Shown: positions 18,732 to 28,725 of the stretch, piece by piece
How positions within the stretch are numbered: the stretch's first letter is position 1
Layout of the letters: the number at the start of each line of letters is the position of its first letter
DNA from: Candidatus Omnitrophota bacterium
GTDB taxonomy: Bacteria; Omnitrophota; Gorgyraeia; Gorgyraeales; Gorgyraeaceae
Length of the DNA: 64,000 bases
Assembly: GCA_018814825.1 (NCBI GenBank)
Contig: JAHIYJ010000090.1
Span: forward strand, 1,321 to 65,320
Reading direction: 5' to 3'
Notes under the pieces: generated by a model
The model's database searches: none
Told to the model about the DNA's origin: nothing
The model's input: only the letters and a program-made list of their open reading frames with translations
Program-made: the position numbers and the translations under genes

Positions 18732-19766
18732 CGAGGCTCTGTCCTGATCATGACTTTCATAATCATGGCAACTCTTATTTCTATAACTTTAGGCTTTTTA
18801 TTTATGATGTCTATACAGCTTAAAGGTTCGGGATATGATGTGGCGAGTTCAAAGGCCCTCTGGCTGGCTGAGGCGGGATTGCAGAAGGTTATTTATCAGA
18901 TCAAAAATAGCTCTAGTTTTAGAGATAATCCGACTACCATAACCGGAAATTTAGAAAATGGGGGTTATTCTGTGAGTGTGAGTAAAAATGGAATCACATA
19001 CTCGCTTAGCTCAACCGGGACAGAATCTGACATATCGAGAACAGTAGAGTTGGATGCAGTTGTCAGCTCAAATGGAGGTAGTTATCCCGATGGCGCCCCT
19101 GAGGCATTTAATTATGCCATGCATTCTTTTGGCAATCACATCAAGTTCAAAGATTCCGAGGGCACTATTAACGGAAATGTGGCCTCGGCCAACAGTGTGC
19201 AAAATTCAGGCGATCCAACGATAAACGGCATCGTAACCAGTAATTCCACCGTACCCACGCCTTTTACGGTTAATATGGCTGGTTATCAGTCTATAGCCGA
19301 TAACGTTGAGAGCAGTAATTATACTTTTACGGAAGGTAATACCTATGGCTCCTCTGGCAGCGAACAAATTTGGTATGTGCAGGGGAATGTTACGATAGAA
19401 GAAAATGTTGCTATCTATGGCACAGTTGTTGCTGAGCATAATGTCACTTTGGGCAGTGAAGATATAACAATCGATGCAGCATCTGGTTACCCCGCTCTCA
19501 TCGCAGGCAATAATATTAGCGGAGATGGATTAGAAAATAGTGCTATAAATGGGTTGATTGCCGCAGAAAACAATATTGATTTTGATAACATCAAAGATGC
19601 TACTATCAATGGGGCAATACTCGCCGGCAATAATATAACTATGAGAGATGGCGAAGATTTTACAGTTAATTACGACTCAGATATAACATCCAATCCGCCC
19701 CCATATTTTAGCGGCTATGGGGGCACTACTACTGTTACGACACAGGGTTGGAATGAGATTACATGA
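18627..19766 (+). CDS. PilX/GspK-like minor pilin with beta-helix-like C-terminal domain
   Basis: KRG|SVLIM (no Glu5), ALWLAEAGL, repeated G-x-I-x-A-x-N-N-I strands; alternative start at ATG 18717. Confidence 0.8.
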   Translation: MIDKNLKPGFLNKSFLLPNDIRYTTYDIRNMRYAKRGSVLIMTFIIMATLISITLGFLFMMSIQLKGSGYDVASSKALWLAEAGLQKVIYQIKNSSSFRDNPTTITGNLENGGYSVSVSKNGITYSLSSTGTESDISRTVELDAVVSSNGGSYPDGAPEAFNYAMHSFGNHIKFKDSEGTINGNVASANSVQNSGDPTINGIVTSNSTVPTPFTVNMAGYQSIADNVESSNYTFTEGNTYGSSGSEQIWYVQGNVTIEENVAIYGTVVAEHNVTLGSEDITIDAASGYPALIAGNNISGDGLENSAINGLIAAENNIDFDNIKDATINGAILAGNNITMRDGEDFTVNYDSDITSNPPPYFSGYGGTTTVTTQGWNEIT

Positions 19767-19767
19767 T

Positions 19768-19829
19768 CGTTTACCGTTACGGTTAACGGTAAACAGCGAG
19801 GCGAAGCCGAGCGGGTAAACGGTAAACGC
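19768..19829. repeat. Family H-B element, copy 2
   Basis: Stem GTTTACCGTTA (19769-19779)/TAACGGTAAAC (19784-19794) followed by GGTAAAC GGTAAAC. Confidence 0.85.
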
Positions 19830-19845
19830 AACAAGGGATACATAA

Positions 19846-21438
19846 ATGAATGTAAGAGGGGTTTTTCAGAAAGATTACATAGTAGGGCTGGACATCGGAT
19901 CTTCTTCTATAAAATTGGCCAAATTTTTGAAAACTCCGGACGGTTTATGTCTTATAAAGACCGATATAGAAGAGGTTAGCAGCTATGCAGTTGATGAGGC
20001 CTTGCGCGGGAAAGAAATACAAAGTCTTCTAAAAAAAATTACCAGAGGGGTAGATGTAAGCAACTCTAAATTTATTGTCACTATCAATTGTCCCAAGACC
20101 GCCATAAAAAAAGCGATAGTGCCTTATATGCCAAGGACAGAATTGCGTAATGCCATAAGATTGGCGGTAAAGAATTATTTCCCGTTTCCAATAGACGACT
20201 CCTTGGTAGATTTTGAGATATCGGGCGAGGTGATTGAAAAAGGTGTTAAAAAATTTGAGGTCCTGGTCGCGACCTCCCCTAAAAAGACAGTTAACGAATT
20301 TTTATCTATATTGAAGGAAGCAGGTGTAAAACCAGTTTCATTCATTGCCGTTCCTTATGCGATGCAAAGATTAGCCCATGCATTTTATCCTGGCGAGGGC
20401 CAGACAAGGTGTTTTCTTGATATAGGCAGTTGTCATACAGAATTGGTTATATTAAAAGGAAAGGGCCTGGTTTTTTCCCGTAAGATCCCTGTTGCAGGCA
20501 ATGATATTACTAAAGAGATGACAGGAGTTTTGGTCTCGGACAAGGGCAGGACAGAGCTTTCATTGGACGAGGCTGAAAAAATAAAGCGGAAAATAGGGCT
20601 ACCTCCTGAAGGCGAATCAAAGATGATAAATGACAAGATTTCCACGACTCAAATTTTATCTATGATAAGGATGCCTTTGGAGCAATTAGTAAATGAGATA
20701 GAAAGATGTTTTGATTATTACAGGGAAGAGGCGGAAGGCGGAAAGATAGATTCGTTTGTTCTATTAGGCGGAGGCTCTTCTCTCAGGAGACTTACGGATT
20801 TTCTTTCTAAGGAATTAGGAATAGAAGTAAAGTTGTTAAGCTCCCTCGAGGGTATAAAAATTGAGCCTGGGGCAATAGACGGACGCGCGCCCGAACTACA
20901 TAGATTAGCCCTGGCTATAGGCGCGGGTTTAGGTGGGGTAAAGGGGCTTAATCTGCTGCCCCTGGAAATTAAAGAAGAGACGAAAAAAACCTTTAAACGA
21001 GCGGGCATTCAGGCCGTGGTTACAGGGGTTATTATTACTCTGGCCCTTGTCTATATCGGGATGAGAATACAGGTTACGAGTTTTCAGAAAAGGATCGCGG
21101 CCAGCAGGATAGAGATGTTAAGTTTAAAGCCCCAGATGGAACAGGTCAAGGCGCAGAATTTGACAAGCGAGATATTGCGAAATGAGCCATACTGGGAAGA
21201 CGTGTTTAGGGAGTTGAGTAATATAGTTCCTGACGATAGCTATCTTACACAATTTACCATGAAGGACAAGACCTTTAAGATGCGAGGCGTGGTTATATCC
21301 AGTGCGCCTGAAGAGATCTTGTCTGGTTTTATACTTGCGCTTGAAAAGGGTATATTTAAGGACGTGAGGCTTATTAGCACAAAAGAGATCAGAGATACGA
21401 CCGGCAATGAATTTGAATTAGAATGTCGAATCGATTAA
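19846..21438 (+). CDS. pilM: PilM-PilN fusion (actin-like domain + TM + PilN domain)
   Basis: VGLDIGSSSIK, LDIG, LLGGGS, LNLLP followed by TM and periplasmic domain. Confidence 0.85.
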   Translation: MNVRGVFQKDYIVGLDIGSSSIKLAKFLKTPDGLCLIKTDIEEVSSYAVDEALRGKEIQSLLKKITRGVDVSNSKFIVTINCPKTAIKKAIVPYMPRTELRNAIRLAVKNYFPFPIDDSLVDFEISGEVIEKGVKKFEVLVATSPKKTVNEFLSILKEAGVKPVSFIAVPYAMQRLAHAFYPGEGQTRCFLDIGSCHTELVILKGKGLVFSRKIPVAGNDITKEMTGVLVSDKGRTELSLDEAEKIKRKIGLPPEGESKMINDKISTTQILSMIRMPLEQLVNEIERCFDYYREEAEGGKIDSFVLLGGGSSLRRLTDFLSKELGIEVKLLSSLEGIKIEPGAIDGRAPELHRLALAIGAGLGGVKGLNLLPLEIKEETKKTFKRAGIQAVVTGVIITLALVYIGMRIQVTSFQKRIAASRIEMLSLKPQMEQVKAQNLTSEILRNEPYWEDVFRELSNIVPDDSYLTQFTMKDKTFKMRGVVISSAPEEILSGFILALEKGIFKDVRLISTKEIRDTTGNEFELECRID

Positions 21439-21448
21439 AGGGGCTGGG

Positions 21449-21958
21449 ATGGAACTTACTAAAGATAGAGCTGCGATAATTATAACGGGTGTGATTGCAG
21501 TAGTTACCTTGGGGGTATATCTATTTTTGTATAGGCCGGCTATTTCCAAATGCAGTGAGGCTGGTTGCGAGTGCAGGATGATTGAATCAGAAGTTTTAAG
21601 GGCCAGAGAGTCAATGTATCTTTTAAAACAGGATGCTGCGAAACGTGTATTCGTGTCAGAAAACAATATATCTGTTGCCATAGATGAGTTGACGAAACAA
21701 GGCAGGTCTAAAGGCATTAATTTTACCTCTATTACCCCGGGAAAAATCGAGAATCCTGGAGATGTCGGGTATAAGATCCTTCCTATAGACATGGAGATAG
21801 AGTCAACTTATAAGGAATTGGCGGTATTTCTGGGTTTACTGGAAGGGCTGAAGGAGAGCCTTGTTACAGTAAAGGATATTGATATTGCCTCCGAAGAGAT
21901 AAGAAGCGCAAAACTAAGGGCCAGATTGATACTGAATATGTATCTTTCATACCAATAG
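21449..21958 (+). CDS. pilO: PilO-like alignment protein
   Basis: N-terminal TM, YKILPIDMEIESTYKEL..FL..LE pattern, position after pilMN. Confidence 0.75.
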   Translation: MELTKDRAAIIITGVIAVVTLGVYLFLYRPAISKCSEAGCECRMIESEVLRARESMYLLKQDAAKRVFVSENNISVAIDELTKQGRSKGINFTSITPGKIENPGDVGYKILPIDMEIESTYKELAVFLGLLEGLKESLVTVKDIDIASEEIRSAKLRARLILNMYLSYQ

Positions 21959-21973
21959 CAGTTATACATGTTT

Positions 21974-22055
21974 CGTGTACCGTTAACCGCTAACCGTTTA
22001 CCGTAACGGTTCACGATAAACGCTAAACGCTACACGGTAAACGGTAAACGGTAAA
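21974..22055. repeat. Family H-B element, copy 3 (longest)
   Basis: CGTGTAC CGTTAAC CGCTAAC CGTTTAC ... ACGATAA ACGCTAA ACGCTAC ACGGTAA ACGGTAA ACGGTAA, ends 3 nt before next ATG. Confidence 0.9.
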
Positions 22056-22058
22056 GCA

Positions 22059-22490
22059 ATGCAGAATAAGAAAATAATAACGTTGATTATTTTAGGGATC
22101 CTAGCTGTCTTTAGCCTGGTTTATGGGATAGTTACTCCTTCAAAGGCAAGGCGCGGGATTTCTCGAGGGCCTATCGAGACTAAAAAGAAAGTGACAATTA
22201 GTGCAGGGGCAGAGACAATTTCTGGGGTAGGACGGCCGCAAAGGACCAGTTTCTCCGACTGGGGCAGAGATCCTTTTTCCGCGGTTTCGACGCTATCCCT
22301 ATCAACAAATATTTCCGATATGAGCCTTACAGGCATACTGTGGGACGACGTGGCGCCTCTCGCCATGATCAATGACAATCTCATAGGAATAGGAGATAAG
22401 ATCGGTGAGTATACTGTGGCGGAGATTAAAAAAGATCGAGTAATCCTGACTGATGGCACCAATGATTATCAACTCACCCTTCCTTATTAA
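22059..22490 (+). CDS. PilP/GspC/MshK-like protein
   Basis: N-terminal TM, RDPF, LTGILW...AMIND..IGIGDKI. Confidence 0.7.
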   Translation: MQNKKIITLIILGILAVFSLVYGIVTPSKARRGISRGPIETKKKVTISAGAETISGVGRPQRTSFSDWGRDPFSAVSTLSLSTNISDMSLTGILWDDVAPLAMINDNLIGIGDKIGEYTVAEIKKDRVILTDGTNDYQLTLPY

Positions 22491-22604
22491 GATGGAATTG
22501 GCGTAGATTTTATTTATCAGATACTAGGTGGTTAAAAACCAGGATTCAAGGATAGGGTTGCTTATCAAGGGAGATATAGAAAGGCTTATGAAAAAGGACA
22601 CGCC

Positions 22605-23360
22605 ATGAATAACTCTAAGGGCATTAGTTTATTCAGTACTGTTTTGCTGATCGTATTCCTGTTGATTGTGTTTTACCTCATGGGATTCTTTTTAAGTTTC
22701 CAGATAGGCAGTTTGGATGGAGTCAGTCTTGCCTTCCTATGTGTGTTCCTTATTTTAACTTCTTTTTCTTTAGGTACGCTTATAATTTCTTTAGACCCGC
22801 CGTTTTTTAAAAACAGTCTTTCACGGTATGTATCTTTTGTGGCCCTCTTGTTATCTGTCCTTACGCTCATTACCTCTGCAGGCACAGCTGTATTCAAGGT
22901 AATAGTTCTAATAGCCCTTCCCGCACTTTTCTTCCATCTTTTTATTCTAGCAGTTCATGTAGCAAATTTTTTAAGAGAAAGAATAAGTCTGAGGCCTAAG
23001 AGGATAGTGGATTTTAGCGAAAAAAGAAGATATATGCGTATCAAAGGTTATGCGACTGCGCAATATCTGTCAAATGGGAAGAATTGGAAGGGGCTGGGTG
23101 TCTATGATATCAGTGCCTCAGGCATGAGGTTAATTATGCGGGAGGAGATGAATGTAGGCCAGAATATAGAGTTGAAAATAATCATACCCTATGACACCAG
23201 GCCGATCTTTGCTAGAGGCGAGATAATCTGGAAAAGGGAGTTTCTTTTAGAAACAAAGGTATTCCATATCGGAGTAAGATTTATAAAGATTGATTCCTCA
23301 GATGTTTTGAGGTTGTCCCTTAAGCAAGTTTATAGCTTATTTCAGGAGCATGTAACCTGA
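22605..23360 (+). CDS. Membrane protein with C-terminal PilZ domain
   Basis: About 4 TM helices; RRYMR (RxxxR) and DISASG (DxSxxG). Confidence 0.8.
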   Translation: MNNSKGISLFSTVLLIVFLLIVFYLMGFFLSFQIGSLDGVSLAFLCVFLILTSFSLGTLIISLDPPFFKNSLSRYVSFVALLLSVLTLITSAGTAVFKVIVLIALPALFFHLFILAVHVANFLRERISLRPKRIVDFSEKRRYMRIKGYATAQYLSNGKNWKGLGVYDISASGMRLIMREEMNVGQNIELKIIIPYDTRPIFARGEIIWKREFLLETKVFHIGVRFIKIDSSDVLRLSLKQVYSLFQEHVT

Positions 23361-23494
23361 TATGAAGATAGCAATAAGTAGAAAGGTCAGTCTCTTGGTA
23401 TTGTTTTTATATCCATATAGAATTACAGGATTTCAGGGTAGGTATCCTTTCAAACCAGAAGAACTTTTGGCTAAGATAAAGGAAGTTTAAAAAA

Positions 23495-26029
23495 ATGACT
23501 GATTCTTCCCCCGATGACCTGAAGAATATAACCCCTGCCGGTTATGAAGATTTGATAAAGGCCTTAAACCTGGCAGTGATTCAGTATACTATGTATCCGC
23601 ATGAACATATCCTGGCCAAAGGTGCATTAGAGACTGCCTATAACTCCCTAACCGAGGCGTTAAAAGATAAAAAAGATCTTATATTTGGCATCGTGGAGAA
23701 CAGGTTGTTGGTGGAGGATGCTGTCCTTAATGACGCAGTCTCTTTAATTGCCAGATTTTTCGATAACTTTAAGAAATTAAAAATAGACTCATTGACTTTT
23801 TCTGCAGGCATAACAAAACAAGAATTAAGTTCGCTTATCGCTGTCATGGCAATGCGCGAAGATACCATTGAGGCCAGCGGAGGTGCAAAAAAACTCCTGG
23901 CTTCCAATGCCACCCCAAATATTAAATTAGAAAATGTGCGGTATGAGAGAGTTGGCGAGGGCGAGACTGTTGTTTCTTTGGAGGACGGGGAAAAGATAGT
24001 AAAGGTTAGCGAGGGGGAAAGACTGGTTGTTGAGAAGGCAGATGAGCATAAGGTGCAAAAGCAACCCTTTTATAAAACCATGCTTCGATATTTAAAGGGC
24101 GAGATTAAAAATTTGAAATCTGAAGTTGATGAAAAGAAATTATTGGCAGAATTGACAAAGAATCCCAAGCGCACTGTTACCCTGCTTCTTGAGGTAGGCA
24201 GGGAGATCAGAAATCTACAATTTGTCGTGGAGAGATTAGGCGATTGGCTTGCAGATTTAGTTCATCGCGAGGGGAGTTCGTTAAAAAAGGATATTTCTCA
24301 AGTAATGGCTATTTTTGGGAAAAGACTTCAGGAGGAGCTCTTGAGTTCAGGCAAGACTACAGAATCGCTGAAAACCTCTGAAACCCTGGGCACCATTGTT
24401 TCTCAATATGTGGATCGCATTAAGGTAGACATGATCACTTCTAAATTTAAGATGTCAAAAAAGAAATCACCTAAAGAGCTCGAGAGGATTATGGGAAAAG
24501 TTGTCCAGTCAAAAGATGAAATGGATAGAATTTTGCCTCAACTTTCCACTCGTCTTCAGGGTTCAGGGGTATTGAGCGATGCAGAATTTAATGATGCCAT
24601 AAAAAGGGTCAAAGAAACGCCGCTTAAAGAAAAGAAGGTAGAAATATCAGAGGTAGAGCTCAGGCGTTTATACGAACTTGAGAAGATAGCCAGGGGAAAA
24701 CAGGTACGGCCTGTGCCAGCTAAAAAAGAGACGGCGAAAATGCCACAGGCTGTTTCGGAAGACACTGATCCGGGAAAAGAAAAGACCGGTGAAAAGTCGA
24801 ATGCCCCCGAAGAAGGAAAACAGGCGATAATTAAATCCGACGAGGTGGTTGTTTCAAGGCAAGAATTAGAGAGGCTTCGTCATGGTTTTCATGGATTTGA
24901 GGATGAGATAGCGTCAAGGGTGAAGGCCGCAACTAAACACCTTGCAGAGCGCAATAGAGAGCTTAGCGCTGATTTGGAGAGGCAATACACTCTTTTGCAT
25001 GAATGTTCTTCAGGGATTATTGTTGTTGACAGGGAAGACAAGGTCATATTAATGAACCGCGCGGCAGAAGAGCTTTTGGGTGTCCCTAAAGAAAAGATGA
25101 TAGGGCATTATATTTTAGACCAGCTCAGAGAGGAACATCTTTTGGCCTTAACAAGGAGAAAGGAATTTTCATCAGATAAGACTATCAAGCAGGTTGAAGT
25201 CTCCGCCGTCAATTCCGGGACAAGAGATACGATTAAGGCATCTACAGCTGTGGTTGAAGATGAAGACGGCAAAACCATTGGCATGCTCTTTGTCCTTACC
25301 GATGTTATTAAGCAGAGAGAATTGGAGGAGATAAAGAAGAATTTTTTATCCAGGGTTTCTATTCATTTGCTAGGCCCTGCAACAAGTATTCGCGACAATC
25401 TTATTGTCCTGTTGAATCAGACTGCAGGAGATCTTAATGAAGAGCAGAAAAGGCTAGTTTCAATGGGCAGGGATAATGTAGAGCACCTGGCCAGGACTAT
25501 CGGCGAACTTTTGATTGCTTCAGAGATTCGAAAAAAGGAGCTTAAATTAAACCTGACTAGATTTGACCTTGTTTCCCTTATAGAAACTTCTATAACAGGG
25601 TTTCAGAGATTTGCAGTGGAGAAAAAGATATCTATAAAAAAGGAATTGCCTAAAACAACCTTGGAAATTAATGCAGACAGGGAAAAGGTTTTTATGGTAT
25701 TGGATAGTCTCATTGCCAATGGCCTTAAGGCTGCTTCTAATGGCGGAGAGGTGACCATAGGCACTGGCCCCTATATTGACGAACAACAGATGAAAACAGG
25801 CTTTGTGTTGGTTTATGTGGCAGATACAGGCAGTGGTATACCGGCTTCAGAAATCGATGAGATATTCGACGAGTTTTATAATGCCGGGATTAACGATGAG
25901 AAATTTAGCGGTTTGGGCCTTGGATTATCCTCCGCCAAAGAAATAATAAATATGCACGGAGGAAAGATTTGGGTAGAAACTAGGCGGGGGAAAGGAAGCA
26001 AGTTTAGTTTAATCCTGCCGGTTAAATAG
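23495..26029 (+). CDS. Large PAS-containing histidine-kinase-like protein with atypical H-box
   Basis: PAS (MNRAAEELLG), HATPase (DTGSGI, GLGLGL, HGGKIWV); H-box reads VSIHLLGP. Confidence 0.8.
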   Translation: MTDSSPDDLKNITPAGYEDLIKALNLAVIQYTMYPHEHILAKGALETAYNSLTEALKDKKDLIFGIVENRLLVEDAVLNDAVSLIARFFDNFKKLKIDSLTFSAGITKQELSSLIAVMAMREDTIEASGGAKKLLASNATPNIKLENVRYERVGEGETVVSLEDGEKIVKVSEGERLVVEKADEHKVQKQPFYKTMLRYLKGEIKNLKSEVDEKKLLAELTKNPKRTVTLLLEVGREIRNLQFVVERLGDWLADLVHREGSSLKKDISQVMAIFGKRLQEELLSSGKTTESLKTSETLGTIVSQYVDRIKVDMITSKFKMSKKKSPKELERIMGKVVQSKDEMDRILPQLSTRLQGSGVLSDAEFNDAIKRVKETPLKEKKVEISEVELRRLYELEKIARGKQVRPVPAKKETAKMPQAVSEDTDPGKEKTGEKSNAPEEGKQAIIKSDEVVVSRQELERLRHGFHGFEDEIASRVKAATKHLAERNRELSADLERQYTLLHECSSGIIVVDREDKVILMNRAAEELLGVPKEKMIGHYILDQLREEHLLALTRRKEFSSDKTIKQVEVSAVNSGTRDTIKASTAVVEDEDGKTIGMLFVLTDVIKQRELEEIKKNFLSRVSIHLLGPATSIRDNLIVLLNQTAGDLNEEQKRLVSMGRDNVEHLARTIGELLIASEIRKKELKLNLTRFDLVSLIETSITGFQRFAVEKKISIKKELPKTTLEINADREKVFMVLDSLIANGLKAASNGGEVTIGTGPYIDEQQMKTGFVLVYVADTGSGIPASEIDEIFDEFYNAGINDEKFSGLGLGLSSAKEIINMHGGKIWVETRRGKGSKFSLILPVK

Positions 26030-26051
26030 TCAGCACGGTGTTATTGAAGCC

Positions 26052-27110
26052 ATGAAGAAGGCAAAAAAAATTTTCAGAAAGGACAATTTTAAGCTTCGCC
26101 TTGCAGTTATATTACCCTTATTGTTTGTCATTTTGATCTCCGGTTATGGGATAGCTGTTTTCTATAATCTGTCGCATTTTTTTAATTCACCAAAGGCGAT
26201 TTTTAACCCACGCATATACCTCATTATCACTATAATTAGCTCTTTTTGTATCGGGTTAGCCCTGACTTATGCAATACTCATGCCCATAAGGAGGTTAAGG
26301 CAGATGCTGAAAGATATAGAAAGGAATAATTTTAGTTTAACTAAGCATCCGAACGTTGAACAGGAGATCGAAGAGGTTTTTCAATCATTTGAGCATTTAC
26401 ACTCATCTCTAGAAATCAGGAGAAGACGAGAAGTGCTTCAAAGGCTTGCCTCGCTTGGCCAGCTTGCCGCAGGGGTCGCTCATGAGATTAGGAACCCCCT
26501 TGGCTCTATAAAGGGCCTTATGAATTTAATAGCTGAGAGTTTGCCTGATGGCGATCCGAGAAATGAGTATGCCGAGGTAATATTAAGAGAGGTTGGGCGC
26601 ATGGAAGGCATTATCAATAGATTCTTAAGCGTATCCCCGTCTAAATACATGGAGATAAATCAAGAAGAGATAAATCTGGATTTAATCTTGGACGAGGCTA
26701 TATCTTTGGCAAAACTTAGCTGCTCTCAGACTAACGAGATAGAGATTATTAAAGAAGGTAATCTCGATGTAAATATAATAGGTGACAGGGAAAAATTAGG
26801 CCAGGCCTTATTTAATGTCATACTAAATGCCCATCAAGCTATGCCTAAAGAAGGCGGAACTCTGAGAGTTTCTATTAAAAGATTAGAAGATAATAGTATA
26901 CAAGTGAAATTTTCAGATACGGGGATGGGCATTGCCGAAGAAAATATAGAGAGGATATTCGACCCATTCTATACAAGCAAGGAAGAAGGAGTAGGTTTGG
27001 GCTTGACAATTACACATCAAATTATAACAGCGCATAAAGGTGATATCAGGGTGGAAAGCATCAAAGGTAAGGGATCAGATTTTATTATTTCCCTGCCGGT
27101 TGGAGGTTAA
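26052..27110 (+). CDS. Membrane sensor kinase (PilS/NtrB-like)
   Basis: 2 TM, AAGVAHEIRNPL, DTGMGI, FDPFYTSK, GLGL. Confidence 0.9.
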   Translation: MKKAKKIFRKDNFKLRLAVILPLLFVILISGYGIAVFYNLSHFFNSPKAIFNPRIYLIITIISSFCIGLALTYAILMPIRRLRQMLKDIERNNFSLTKHPNVEQEIEEVFQSFEHLHSSLEIRRRREVLQRLASLGQLAAGVAHEIRNPLGSIKGLMNLIAESLPDGDPRNEYAEVILREVGRMEGIINRFLSVSPSKYMEINQEEINLDLILDEAISLAKLSCSQTNEIEIIKEGNLDVNIIGDREKLGQALFNVILNAHQAMPKEGGTLRVSIKRLEDNSIQVKFSDTGMGIAEENIERIFDPFYTSKEEGVGLGLTITHQIITAHKGDIRVESIKGKGSDFIISLPVGG

Positions 27111-27112
27111 AA

Positions 27113-28486
27113 ATGAGTAAGGACAGGGTTCTAATAGTGGATGATGACAGATCAATGCGTTTCATGCTTTCCGAGGCACTAAAAAAAGATGGCTACGAGA
27201 TAACGGTTACCCCTGATGCCTTAGAGGCTATTGAAAAAGTCAAAAGCCAAGTTTTTTCTGTAATTATAATGGATATAAAGATGCCAAAGATGAATGGACT
27301 GGATGCGCTTCTGAATATCAGCCATATCAGGCCTTTTATATCTTCAATCGTCCTTACTGCTTATGGCTCGGAGCAGGTAAATTTTAAAGGACTCAAAGAA
27401 TTACCTTTTGCTTATTTTACCAAGCCATTTGATTTAGAGAAACTGCGTTTAACTGTCAGACATGCAGTAGAAAAATATAGGCTGTATGAGGATAAGGCTT
27501 GCCAGAATAATCTTGCCTACAAGGATATTATTGGTGAGAGCGCTGCCATGAGAGAGGTGCGGGATTTTATTGTTAAGGTTTCAGAGACGCCGGTTACCGT
27601 ACTGATTCAAGGAGAGAGCGGCACAGGAAAAGAACTTGTAGCCAGGGCTATACACCTTTGCAGTCCAAGAAGGGATAAACCATTTATACCAATTACCTGT
27701 TCAGCTATCCCTGAAACGCTTTTAGAAAGCGAATTATTTGGTTATAAGAAAGGCGCCTTTACTGATGCCAAAGAATCTAAACCGGGCAAATTTGAATTGG
27801 CAGATGAAGGGACGGTTTTCCTCGATGAGTTTGCAGATATGAGCCCGGCTTTACAAGCAAAACTCCTGAGGGTTCTTGAGCAGAAAGAGCTCGAGGTATT
27901 AGGAGCGGTTAAGCCAGTCAAAGTCGATGTGCGTATAGTTGCCGCTACAAATAAAGATTTGCACACTGAAGTGAGAGAGCAGAGATTCCGAGAGGATCTC
28001 TATTATAGAATAAATATTGCGTCTTTGAATTTACCCCCCTTGCGTCAACGAAAAGGGGATATTCCTCTTCTTTTGGAACATCTTATAGGCAAATTTAATA
28101 AAAAGTTTAATAGGAATATTGAAAGTGTTTCGGTTGAAACATTGGAGTTTCTGATTAATTACAGTTGGCCGGGCAATGTTCGAGAATTAGAAAATATCTT
28201 ACAGCGCTCAATGCTTTTAGAGACAGGGTCTATCCTGACGTATGAAGCCTTAACTTCTTCTCTGAAAAATTTAGAAGACATAACACAGAAGACAAGCCAA
28301 ATGGATTCAACTAGGTTCCTTTCTTTAAAACAGGCCGTGAAGCAGTCTGCCTATAAAATTGAAAAGGAAATGATCCAGAAATGCCTTATAAAGCATAATA
28401 TGAACCGTAACCTTGTCAGCAGAGAGCTGAAGATAAGTCGAAAGACACTCTATAGTAAGATGAAAGAACACGGACTTTATAGTTAA
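27113..28486 (+). CDS. Sigma54-dependent response regulator (PilR/NtrC-like)
   Basis: Receiver + GESGTGKE, ESELFG, GAFTDA, FREDLYYR, WPGNVREL + Fis HTH. Confidence 0.93.
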   Translation: MSKDRVLIVDDDRSMRFMLSEALKKDGYEITVTPDALEAIEKVKSQVFSVIIMDIKMPKMNGLDALLNISHIRPFISSIVLTAYGSEQVNFKGLKELPFAYFTKPFDLEKLRLTVRHAVEKYRLYEDKACQNNLAYKDIIGESAAMREVRDFIVKVSETPVTVLIQGESGTGKELVARAIHLCSPRRDKPFIPITCSAIPETLLESELFGYKKGAFTDAKESKPGKFELADEGTVFLDEFADMSPALQAKLLRVLEQKELEVLGAVKPVKVDVRIVAATNKDLHTEVREQRFREDLYYRINIASLNLPPLRQRKGDIPLLLEHLIGKFNKKFNRNIESVSVETLEFLINYSWPGNVRELENILQRSMLLETGSILTYEALTSSLKNLEDITQKTSQMDSTRFLSLKQAVKQSAYKIEKEMIQKCLIKHNMNRNLVSRELKISRKTLYSKMKEHGLYS

Positions 28487-28491
28487 GCATA

Positions 28492-28529
28492 TGGGTAATA
28501 ATTTACACATTTTTATAAAGGATTACCCA
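28492..28529. promoter_or_regulatory. Candidate upstream activator sequence for the sigma54 activator
   Basis: Inverted repeat TGGGTAAT...ATTACCCA about 150-190 bp upstream of the -24 box, AT-rich spacer between. Confidence 0.5.
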
Positions 28530-28678
28530 ACTCTTAGTTTTTGTTAATGCCAAAAACTGACATATGGCAGAAATAGTGCTGTATTGCTGTATTAATATAG
28601 TTGTATAACTAATTATTATTAAAATAGTTATAGCAAAATATACTTTATTAGTTAAAAAATCTTATAAAAAATGTAATT

Positions 28679-28695
28679 TTGGCACGATTTTTGCT
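28679..28695 (+). promoter_or_regulatory. Sigma54 (-24/-12) promoter of major pilin
   Basis: TTGGCACGATTTTTGCT, consensus match with GG-N10-GC spacing. Confidence 0.9.
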
Positions 28696-28725
28696 TATAA
28701 TTATAGTAAAAAGGAGGTGATATTT

